Below the pieces are notes generated by a model. It was not told where the DNA came from. It saw only the letters and a list, made by a program, of their open reading frames with translations, and did no database searches. Shown piece after piece: positions 1 to 7,618 of a stretch of DNA of 64,000 bases. Positions within the stretch are counted from its first letter, which is position 1. Every line of letters begins with the position of its first letter. The stretch comes from Desulfobacterales bacterium. Lineage in GTDB: Bacteria > Desulfobacterota > Desulfobacteria > Desulfobacterales > SURF-7. The position numbers and the translations under genes are program-made. The stretch spans positions 4,750 to 68,749 of the forward strand of contig JABHLN010000001.1 in the NCBI GenBank assembly GCA_018693105.1, given 5' to 3'.

Positions 1-252
1 CTTTTTTTGTTTTTGAACCTTTTTTTTTACTTCCTTCTTCTCAGGTTTTGGTTTAACAGGCTCAGGTTTTTTTATTACCTTTTTTACTTCTTCAGGTTTT
101 TTTTCAGGCTTTCGGTATGAAATTGATACGGTTACAGAACTTAGTTTTTCCCTTGAAATAACAGGTACTGTTGTAAACCATACCGGATTTATTTCAAAAA
201 ATGCCCAATGAATTAAAATGGCCAGTATTATTGCAGGCAGAATCCGCTTCAT
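1..252 (-). CDS. tonB: Energy transducer TonB, N-terminal part (runs off window)
   Basis: Manual translation from ATG at 252: MKRILPAIILAILIHWAFF (TM anchor with His), then a Lys/Pro/Glu-rich linker (KPEKKPEEVKK..KPEPVKPKPEKK). Directly follows the exbD stop. Not in the ORF track. Confidence 0.85.
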   Translation of the reverse strand, partial: MKRILPAIILAILIHWAFFEINPVWFTTVPVISREKLSSVTVSISYRKPEKKPEEVKKVIKKPEPVKPKPEKKEVKKKVQKQKK

Positions 253-657
253 TTATTTTTCTGCCTCTGCCTGAAGGGAGATTTTGCCGATTCCGGCATT
301 ATTAATCGTATCGAGAACCTGAAAAAGATCCTGATACGGTAGGTTCCTGTCAGCGAAAAGAAGAACGCCTGGCTCAGGGTAACCTTTGATTTTAGCTTTC
401 AGCAGACTGCTAAGATTTTCAATGGAAACATATTCTTCATCTACATAAACCGTTTTATCTTCCTTTACAGAAACTGACAGAACAAGCTTCTTGTCAATTT
501 CGGCTGAAGAAGATGTCGGCAGGTCAATGGTCAGACCATGATGTACAGCCATAGAAAGCATTGCATATATAAAAAAGACAAGGAGCAGAAATACAATGTC
601 AATAAGAGGAAGCATTTCTATCCTTGCTTTTCTTTCTGCCTTAAAATTTATCTTCAT
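253..657 (-). CDS. exbD: Biopolymer transporter ExbD/TolR
   Basis: MLPLIDIVFLLLVFF motif; ADRNLPYQ motif; follows exbB. Confidence 0.93.
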   Translation of the reverse strand: MKINFKAERKARIEMLPLIDIVFLLLVFFIYAMLSMAVHHGLTIDLPTSSSAEIDKKLVLSVSVKEDKTVYVDEEYVSIENLSSLLKAKIKGYPEPGVLLFADRNLPYQDLFQVLDTINNAGIGKISLQAEAEK

Positions 658-1286
658 TCCACAACCCCATTCTTACCGTTCTCACCTGTAACCATTTTTT
701 CATTAACAATCTCAAGGCTGGTGGCATATTTTTCTATCACAAGTGCTGCCTGTTCCACTCTTGAATTGAAGTAATTGTAAGGAAAAACAGTAAGTATTGC
801 GATTCCAAGACCTGATGCAGTTGTAATAAGAGCCTGGGCAATACCGCCTGTAACAGCCTCAGGATGCTGAATACCTGATGCACCCAGAATTTCAAATGAA
901 GAAATAATACCTAAAACAGTTCCGAATATTCCCATGAGGGGCGCAACAGTAATCATAGTATCAAGCACTCCCATAAACCTTCTCATCCGCCTTATTTCAT
1001 CAGACGCAGCAGATTCCATGGCTTTAATCATAGAGTATTCACGGTGGAGAATACCGTTTACCAGAATCCTGATAATATAATTCCTTGACCCTGATGCCTT
1101 TTCCCTTATGGAATCCCATTTACCCTGTCTGGACAGTTCAAGGATTTCATCAATAAGCCCCTGGTTGTACCGCCAACGAACTCCTACCCAGAAAAATGTG
1201 CGTTCTAAAATCACTGCAAGAGTAATAATCGAACATAACAAAAGCGGATACATTACCGGTCCGCCATTTTTAAATATTTCTATCAT
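654..1286 (-). CDS. exbB: MotA/TolQ/ExbB proton channel protein
   Basis: GGPVMYPL, APLMGIFGTVLGII and GIAQALITTASGL motifs. Confidence 0.93.
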   Translation of the reverse strand: MIEIFKNGGPVMYPLLLCSIITLAVILERTFFWVGVRWRYNQGLIDEILELSRQGKWDSIREKASGSRNYIIRILVNGILHREYSMIKAMESAASDEIRRMRRFMGVLDTMITVAPLMGIFGTVLGIISSFEILGASGIQHPEAVTGGIAQALITTASGLGIAILTVFPYNYFNSRVEQAALVIEKYATSLEIVNEKMVTGENGKNGVVE

Positions 1287-1420
1287 TTTTTCCTTCCAGC
1301 CCGGGATTTACCCGGTATATTATGTGAACCAATACTATGAAAAATCCTCTGCATAAAGTTTCTTTTTTTATTCCAAATTATACTATCACTTCATTACATG
1401 TCCATATCAGTCCCAAAATA

Positions 1421-1452
1421 AAAAACCCGAACCGATATAAAATCGATCCGGG
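1421..1452 (-). terminator. Intrinsic terminator; probable expression platform of the cobalamin riboswitch
   Basis: Minus strand CCCGGATCGAT-TTTAT-ATCGGTTCGGG (11 pairs including G-U) followed by TTTTTT, between the aptamer and exbB. Confidence 0.7.
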
Positions 1453-1505
1453 GATTTCCCTTTTTTATCCTCTGATCTTGTTAACTTTGCCATCGAAGTT
1501 TAATC

Positions 1506-1704
1506 ACATGTTCGGCAGGTCTTCTGACTTCCCCGCTCTTATAACTGCCTTCCCATTTCAAAAGTATCAGAATACAAAACAGTGGCTATTAGCGTTATAA
1601 AAGTTCCTTTTCCATATGAAAAAGGCCGGGGTTACAGCGGCGGGCCCGTCCCTGAATTTCACAGGGTTCCCTATTAAGCGAATTCTTTAAACACCGTAAC
1701 ATGT
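1506..1704 (-). ncRNA. Cobalamin (B12) riboswitch
   Basis: Minus strand: P1 ACATGTT/AACATGT, GGTG..TTAATAGGGAA-CCCTGTGAAATTCAGGGAC-GGGCCCGCCGCTGTAA..GCCACTG..TGGGAAGGC..AGTCAGAAGACCTGCC (B12 box); upstream of a TonB system. Confidence 0.95.
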
Positions 1705-1713
1705 CTTGGTTAT

Positions 1714-1742
1714 AAATTAATGAAATGTACCGTATCTGTCAA
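1714..1742 (-). promoter_or_regulatory. Sigma70-type promoter of the riboswitch-exbBD-tonB unit
   Basis: TTGACA (1742-1737), 17-bp spacer, TAATTT (1719-1714); predicted start just before riboswitch P1. Confidence 0.6.
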
Positions 1743-1754
1743 GACAAGATATAT

Positions 1755-1907
1755 TGATGGCTTCGTAAAAAATCCAATATCTGCGTTACACTGCATCCCT
1801 CGTCATTGCGGCGTACGTTAAGCACGCCTCATTCCTCGGGGTTTGCGGCGCCTTGATCTTAAACTTTTTACTTTGCCATCTCGAGTTGACTTTTTACGAC
1901 TTAATCA
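1755..1907. mobile_element. MITE-like element, variant of family A (similar ends, divergent interior)
   Basis: Ends TGATGGCTTCGTAAAAAAT and ACTTTTTACGACTTAATCA; same three-arm layout as family A; apical hairpin GGCGT-N9-ACGCC; no exact target duplication. Confidence 0.75.
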
Positions 1908-1940
1908 TTATTAACAGTCAGAATATCATTTATGGAAGAA

Positions 1941-2291
1941 TTAATTCTGTCTCGTTCTGACAATCACCGAATCAAGATCGGAACTTTCAGAAAGTCTTTC
2001 CCAGTCACCGTCAATAATATAACCGATATGCTCAACCGGCCATGCAGGAGTCTGACCGAAAAAAATACAGAAATAGTTTCCCTGTCGAGTATAGGCAAGT
2101 CCACCAGGAGGTATCATAGGTACAGGGCTTTCCTCACCAAGGTCGACTCCTATAGTTCCGTATAATTCTTCTCCCCAGCCGGTAAGTTTTATTTCATACG
2201 GAAGATGTTCAACAAAACGAAATGCAATTTCTGTTTCAAGAAGCTCCGCCCTGCAGACAAATTTTCCAAAATCAAGTTCAATTGTTTTCAT
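1941..2291 (-). CDS. Cyclophilin-like fold protein (DUF369/TM1367-like)
   Basis: LPY..WGEELY and G.LAY..QGNYFCIFFGQTP pattern. Confidence 0.75.
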   Translation of the reverse strand: MKTIELDFGKFVCRAELLETEIAFRFVEHLPYEIKLTGWGEELYGTIGVDLGEESPVPMIPPGGLAYTRQGNYFCIFFGQTPAWPVEHIGYIIDGDWERLSESSDLDSVIVRTRQN

Positions 2292-2399
2292 TACTATCCG
2301 TCCAATATTATATTACGTCAGATATTATTTTCCGTCAGATGTTTTTCATTCTCTTTTATTCAATATATATCTATTGGTTATAAAGAACGAGAAAAATAG

Positions 2400-3200
2400 T
2401 TACTTATCCAAAAACTTACCCGGAACAGGAGTAATCCTCTTAAATTTCCCCAGAGGACTTTCATCAATAAGAAGCTTACAGCCGTATACATTTTCAAGGA
2501 TCTCAAAAGAAAGAACATCTTCCGGCAAACCCATACCTACAATCTCCCCGTCTTTTAATAAAAGCAGCTCATCACTGTACATGGCAGCAAGATTTATTTC
2601 GTGGGAAACCATGACAACAGTAACACCTTTATCCTCTTTCAGTTTCTCCATGAGATCCATCACCTTTATCTGGTGTGCGATGTCAAGTGATGCGGTAGGC
2701 TCATCAAGAAGTATTACACTGGGTTGCTGGCATATCGCCCTTGCGATAAAAACCCGCTGCCTTTCTCCGCCGCTGAGCTGGTCCAGCTTTCTGTCAGAAA
2801 GGTGTTCAACACCTGTAAAAGAGATAGCTTCCCTTGCAATTTCAAGGTCCTTTTCTTCTTCAAGGCCAAGAATTCCCAGGTATGGCGATCGACCCATAAG
2901 GACAAGCTCCATAACAGTAAAAGGGAAATCGATTGTAACCATCTGGGGCACTAAGGCTATAGTTCTTGCAAGAGCCCGTCTGGAATATTCTGTAATAGGT
3001 TTACCAAGAATGTCCAGTTTTTCATTCCGGGCTTTCTCAATTCCAGATATGGACTTCAAAAGGGTTGTCTTTCCTGAACCATTCGGGCCTATAATTATAA
3101 AAAACCTGCCCTTTGGAATTGAAAATGAAATCTCTTTTAATACGGAGTAGCTTCCGTAATAATGGCTCAAATTTTTTATATCTACTGCATTTTGCATCAT
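2400..3200 (-). CDS. ABC transporter ATPase, cobalamin/iron-chelate family (BtuD/FecE-like)
   Basis: Walker A GPNGSGKT, LSGGERQRV, LLDEPT, SHEINLA. Confidence 0.92.
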   Translation of the reverse strand: MMQNAVDIKNLSHYYGSYSVLKEISFSIPKGRFFIIIGPNGSGKTTLLKSISGIEKARNEKLDILGKPITEYSRRALARTIALVPQMVTIDFPFTVMELVLMGRSPYLGILGLEEEKDLEIAREAISFTGVEHLSDRKLDQLSGGERQRVFIARAICQQPSVILLDEPTASLDIAHQIKVMDLMEKLKEDKGVTVVMVSHEINLAAMYSDELLLLKDGEIVGMGLPEDVLSFEILENVYGCKLLIDESPLGKFKRITPVPGKFLDK

Positions 3201-4204
3201 CCGGCCCTTTTCAGTAGATATATAAAAAGCGGTGCACCGATCATGGCGGTGATAACTCCCACAGGCATCTCTCCCTGCTGGGGAAGAGACCTTGAGAGCA
3301 AATCACATAAAACCATATATGTTCCTCCTCCAAGAATACATGCGGGAACAAGGATCCTGTGATCAGGACCGAGTAAAAGCCTGAAAAGATGAGGTACTAC
3401 AAGCCCAACAAAACCCAGAAGACCGCAATTACTTACTGTTGCACTCACCATAAAGGATGTTAGAACAAGAAGTGTTATCGTTACGAACCTTATATTAACA
3501 CCCATGGTGTGAGCCATTTCTTCTCCAAGTAAAAGAATATTCATGGAGTTAGAAAAAAGGAAAATAATAAAGAATGCCGGTAAAAGCATAGCTGCCAGTA
3601 CACCAGTCTGGCCTATATCAATCATGGAAAGATCGCCCATTAGCCAGAACATTATATTGTGTATCCTTGAATCCTGTGTCATGGAAATAAGAAACATTAT
3701 TATAGCTGAACAGAATGAGTTAACCATTACACCTGAAAGCAGCAGCGATTCTTTCTTTAAAATCATTTGACCTGATGACATGACAAGTATCAGAACGAGA
3801 GTTGCTATACTTCCTATAAATGCCATGGAGGAAACACCTGGAAATCTTGAAAACCCCAATAATATTCCAATTATAGCGCCTATTGCTGAACCACCTGAAA
3901 TGCCAAGAATATATGGCTCTGCAAGAGGATTCCGAAGCAAAGCCTGAAATACAAGACCACCAAGAGAAAGTGTTGCCCCTACAAGAGCTGCCGAAAGAAC
4001 ACGCGGAAAACGTATACGCCAGATTATAGTATCAAGCATTGATCCGTTTCCTTTTTCTCCAATAAGGGCCTGCCAGACATTTTTAATTCCACCGCCGGTA
4101 GACCCTATAGAAAGTCCAAGGAAAACAGCGACAGCAAGTAAAATGAGCAGCAGAAAGGAAACAGCAGTAAGACGTTTTAATAAAAAAGGTTTGTTATTAT
4201 TCAT
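3197..4204 (-). CDS. ABC transporter permease, FecCD/BtuC family
   Basis: IRFPRVL, FQALLRNPLAEPYILGISGG, GFVGLVVPH and PVGVITAMIGAPLF motifs. Start moved to ATG 4204; the longer ORF runs through a leader hairpin. Confidence 0.92.
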   Translation of the reverse strand: MNNNKPFLLKRLTAVSFLLLILLAVAVFLGLSIGSTGGGIKNVWQALIGEKGNGSMLDTIIWRIRFPRVLSAALVGATLSLGGLVFQALLRNPLAEPYILGISGGSAIGAIIGILLGFSRFPGVSSMAFIGSIATLVLILVMSSGQMILKKESLLLSGVMVNSFCSAIIMFLISMTQDSRIHNIMFWLMGDLSMIDIGQTGVLAAMLLPAFFIIFLFSNSMNILLLGEEMAHTMGVNIRFVTITLLVLTSFMVSATVSNCGLLGFVGLVVPHLFRLLLGPDHRILVPACILGGGTYMVLCDLLSRSLPQQGEMPVGVITAMIGAPLFIYLLKRAG

Positions 4205-4433
4205 ATTTATTATTGCTTTATTTAAATAAAAATCCCGGCCCGAATAAAAATCGACCCGGTAATATCTTCTCAACACCATCAGATAATGAAAAATCACCTT
4301 TAAAGTCAAGATATTTTAGGCCGGACCGGATTAGTTTCATTAGTTTGATTTGTTATACTTTAATAATAACTTGACTTTGCATCAAACCTCAGTAAAACAG
4401 ATATATTGATATTTATTACAAATTCATCAACCT

Positions 4434-4588
4434 TGATGGCGTCGTAAAAAGTCTCCATCTACTGCGTTATAGCGGTTGATCAGAAGTTCAGCATACTACA
4501 TGTATGCCTTCACTCCTGACCAACCACTATGCCTTGTATATGAAGATTTTTACTTAGCCATCAGTTATACTTTTGTACGAGTTCATCA
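4434..4588. mobile_element. MITE-like element family A, full copy
   Basis: Ends TGATGGCGTCGTAAAAAGT and TTTTGTACGAGTTCATCA; flanked by ACCT at 4430-4433 and 4589-4592. Confidence 0.88.
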
Positions 4589-4613
4589 ACCTTATATTAC
4601 CTAATATAATAAA

Positions 4614-5846
4614 ATGCCGGTATATGAATATACAGCCCTTGACATGAGCGGGAAAAAGGTATCTGGTATTATAGATACTGAAAGTGCAATGACAGCAAGG
4701 CAGAAGCTTAGATCATCCAATATATTCCCTGTCTCAATAAAAGAGGTGTATGCAGACACAGTCAGTAAAGAGCCGGGCTCTCTTTCAATTTCCGTTTCGA
4801 ATCCGTTTGCCAGAGTAAAGCCATCTGACATATCAATGATGACAAGACAACTAGCTACTTTAATAAGTGCCGGTTTTCCTCTTGTATCAGCAATATACTC
4901 TTTAATATCACAGACCAAATCCAGGCAGTTGAAAAGAACATTATCTCAGATCAAAGACTTAATAGAGGAAGGCAGTAGCTTTGCTGATGCCCTGTCGGGA
5001 TACCCCGGCATTTTCCCATCGATTTATACAAATATGGTTCGTGCAGGAGAATCATCCGGAACACTTGAAATAGTCCTTGAAAGACTTGCCGATATTACAG
5101 AAAAGCAGAGAACTCTTATGCTTAAGGTAAGATCAATAATGTACTACCCTGTTGTCATGTTCACCATTGCGACATTTGTTCTTTACTTTATGCTTGTTTT
5201 CCTTGTGCCCCGACTCACAACAATATTTTCGGATCTGGAACAGGTCCTACCCCTGCCAACACGATTACTTATTTCTTCCAGCAATTTCTTTTCAACATAC
5301 TGGTGGCTGTTACTTATTGTGATCCTGGTCAGTGGTGGCACTTTCTACGGGATCAGAAAGACCTCAAAAGGTCTATATTTTATTGACAAATGGACCCTAA
5401 AGCTACCTTTCTTCGGGTCGCTTTTCGAAAAACTTTCAATTTCTCGTTTTGCAAGGACACTTGGGTCTCTCCTTGAAAACGGAGTATCGATGCTTACCGC
5501 TCTGGATATTGTAAAAAATGTAGTGGGAAATTCACTAATCGCAGAAACTATTGAAAAGTCTGCTATAGAAGTCGAAAAAGGGCACGGCCTCAGCGAAGCC
5601 CTTGGAGCTTATAAAGTATTTCCTGATCTGACTGTACAGATGATACAGGTTGGGGAACATAGCGGCGATCTTGAGTCGATGCTTAACAAAATAGCCGACA
5701 TATACGAGAATGAAGTGGAACTGACAGCTGTTGGTATTACATCACTTCTTGAACCGGCAATTGTAGTTATCATGGCCGTTGTAATAGGTTTTATTGTCCT
5801 TTCTATAGCCCTTCCCATAATGGAAATGAATCAACTGGTTCGTTAG
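4614..5846 (+). CDS. gspF: Type II secretion inner-membrane platform protein GspF
   Basis: MPVYEYTALD, TRQLATLISAG, MVRAGESSGTL, GEHSGDLE, LLEP motifs; next to a gsp cluster. Confidence 0.93.
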   Translation: MPVYEYTALDMSGKKVSGIIDTESAMTARQKLRSSNIFPVSIKEVYADTVSKEPGSLSISVSNPFARVKPSDISMMTRQLATLISAGFPLVSAIYSLISQTKSRQLKRTLSQIKDLIEEGSSFADALSGYPGIFPSIYTNMVRAGESSGTLEIVLERLADITEKQRTLMLKVRSIMYYPVVMFTIATFVLYFMLVFLVPRLTTIFSDLEQVLPLPTRLLISSSNFFSTYWWLLLIVILVSGGTFYGIRKTSKGLYFIDKWTLKLPFFGSLFEKLSISRFARTLGSLLENGVSMLTALDIVKNVVGNSLIAETIEKSAIEVEKGHGLSEALGAYKVFPDLTVQMIQVGEHSGDLESMLNKIADIYENEVELTAVGITSLLEPAIVVIMAVVIGFIVLSIALPIMEMNQLVR

Positions 5847-5989
5847 AACCTATCTCAAAAATACATCTATCGCCCGATGGCTGTGTTATCTGCCGATTCA
5901 AAATGCTCACATACTACGTGTATGCTGCGCTTTCTCATCGGTAGATGCCTTGCCCTCGAACCTAATCTGCATTTTTGAGATAGGTTCTA
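5844..5989. mobile_element. MITE-like element family B
   Basis: Perfect 19-bp terminal inverted repeat TAGAACCTATCTCAAAAAT/ATTTTTGAGATAGGTTCTA, with TA at both ends; central CATAC-TACGT-GTATG. Confidence 0.85.
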
Positions 5990-6012
5990 TTGTTTTTTTG
6001 ATTATCAGAACT

Positions 6013-6167
6013 TGATAAACTCGTAAAAAAGTATATTCAATGGCTAAGTAAAAATCTTCATTTACAAGGCATAGCAGTTTATCAGGAGTGAAGGCATACA
6101 TGTAGTATGTCGAACTTCTGATCAATCGCTATAACGCTGTAAATGGAGACTTTTTACGACGCCATTA
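6013..6167. mobile_element. MITE-like element family A, full copy (opposite orientation to 4434)
   Basis: Near-identical reverse complement of 4434-4588; flanked by GAACT at 6008-6012 and 6168-6172. Confidence 0.88.
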
Positions 6168-7178
6168 GAACTTGAAGTTTAGTGAGACTATCAGGCCTAA
6201 ATCATTATTATAGTTTCCAAGACTGATACTTGTACTTTGCTTCAGCCTTTGAATAAATTTTCTGTTCTCATCTCTGTTATACTTATGGGCACTGGTTTTA
6301 GCACCGTAAATATTACCTGAGTAAAATCCCAGTTCAACAAAAGTTATAATGCTTCCAAGGGCATCATTTCCATTATCAAAAGATTCATATGCAGCATAAA
6401 TAAGAGCGCCGTTTAAGAGAAATGCTACGAGTGCATCCCTGTATCGGCCACAATAAGCAAAGCCTGCCCCGGGAATTACTGACAAAGCCGCCGCAAGGTC
6501 AGGGCTTTTCACAGGCATGGCTTCATTTTTATTTTTCCTTACTCTTTCAAGTTCAGCAGAAATTTTTCCAATTCTGTATTTCCCCCGATTTTTTCCACTT
6601 ATCTTTTCAAAATATTCAGAAGCTTTCCCCCACGAATCTGCAGGCCCCTCTTTTTCGAGCCATGATTTATCAAGATATATCCATCCGGTCTTGTAGTATG
6701 CGCCGTCTTTTACATCAATTGCATCATTTAACAGTGCAAGGTTTCGAAGAGTGTTGATAGCAGGGCCGAACCTGTTCATCTTCATGTAGCATTCGCTTAT
6801 CTTAAAAGCAGATTCGATAGCGAGATCAGTTGTCAAATATTTCTCTTGAACAACGCTGAAAGCATTCACAGCTTCCTTATACTGCCTGTTATAATAATAA
6901 GCCATTGCTGTTTTGTATAATACTAATTCGGCTTTTTTATTATCAGGAAAGAAATAAAGGAATCTTTTATATTCATCTATTGCTCTTGAGTATTCCCCGT
7001 CTGAAAAATATTGTTCTGCAAATTCATATTGTTTTTCTGAATCTATCCGGATTGTTTCCGCATGCAACTGTACGACAGATACAAAAAACATTAATAAAAG
7101 CATCAATTGGGAAAAGCGATTTAATACTATTTCTGAGTTAAAAAATTTAGATCTCATTATCATACCGGTTATTTCCAC
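6165..7178 (-). CDS. Exported TPR (BamD-like repeat) protein with C-terminal hydrophobic KSP..AA.LS.IPGAG..Y.GR domain
   Basis: Signal-like N-terminus; TPR helices (AIDEYKRFLYFFPD, AMAYYYNRQYKEA); hydrophobic C-terminal segments. Confidence 0.7.
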   Translation of the reverse strand: MEITGMIMRSKFFNSEIVLNRFSQLMLLLMFFVSVVQLHAETIRIDSEKQYEFAEQYFSDGEYSRAIDEYKRFLYFFPDNKKAELVLYKTAMAYYYNRQYKEAVNAFSVVQEKYLTTDLAIESAFKISECYMKMNRFGPAINTLRNLALLNDAIDVKDGAYYKTGWIYLDKSWLEKEGPADSWGKASEYFEKISGKNRGKYRIGKISAELERVRKNKNEAMPVKSPDLAAALSVIPGAGFAYCGRYRDALVAFLLNGALIYAAYESFDNGNDALGSIITFVELGFYSGNIYGAKTSAHKYNRDENRKFIQRLKQSTSISLGNYNNDLGLIVSLNFKF

Positions 7179-7606
7179 CAGAAATCATTATTATCTACAG
7201 GATCATAGCAGCTAATTTCATCATTCCTGAAAAATTTCGGGCTATTTTTATACTCATCACCACCGCATCGCATCAAACGATCACATGTCATAATCCACCC
7301 AATAACAGCACCATGCTCTTTTAATGTTTCAGCCGAATACGCAGAGCAGGTGGGAGACATTGAACAACGATCACTATCAACACTTGATAAGTATTTTCTG
7401 AAAAAACTGACCATACTTAATAAGGGCGTTCCACCTTCTTTTTGATTACCATCAAAATGCTCTGCATTTTTATATTTGTTAACGTGCTTCGTTTCAACAT
7501 ATTCCGCATGAAAGTCATATTCTTCGGAAAAACCGTAGCACGGGAACAAAAACAAAAAGCATGATAAAGTCCAGGCATGAAATTTTTGTATTTTAAAAAG
7601 TTTCAT
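7169..7606 (-). CDS. yidD: YidD-like (haemolytic domain) protein with putative signal peptide
   Basis: RCSMSPTCSAY..HG..G..DRLMRC motif; N-terminal hydrophobic segment. Confidence 0.75.
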   Translation of the reverse strand: MKLFKIQKFHAWTLSCFLFLFPCYGFSEEYDFHAEYVETKHVNKYKNAEHFDGNQKEGGTPLLSMVSFFRKYLSSVDSDRCSMSPTCSAYSAETLKEHGAVIGWIMTCDRLMRCGGDEYKNSPKFFRNDEISCYDPVDNNDFWWK

Positions 7607-7618
7607 ATAAAGCCCTTG

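Noticed and set aside
1303..1330. dif-like site (GGTATA-TTATGTGAACC resembles the spacer plus XerD arm)
   Set aside because: The left arm GGGATTTACCC lacks the conserved XerC-arm ATAA, and the site lies in the exbB leader.
2374..3150. 258-aa plus-strand ORF, and other long antisense ORFs such as 22042-22755 and 46341-47162
   Set aside because: Shadows of well-supported genes on the opposite strand, with no recognisable motifs.
4205..4309. Upstream in-frame extensions of the permease (also gspJ, ubiD, tesB, cooC and the acyltransferase)
   Set aside because: The extensions overlap promoters, hairpins, repeats or neighbouring genes and lack family similarity; downstream starts were used.
4434..6167. 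Repeats as a CRISPR array or integron attC cassettes
   Set aside because: The copies are dispersed, about 150 bp long, occur in both orientations and carry target duplications; there is no repeat-spacer periodicity and no cas or intI gene.
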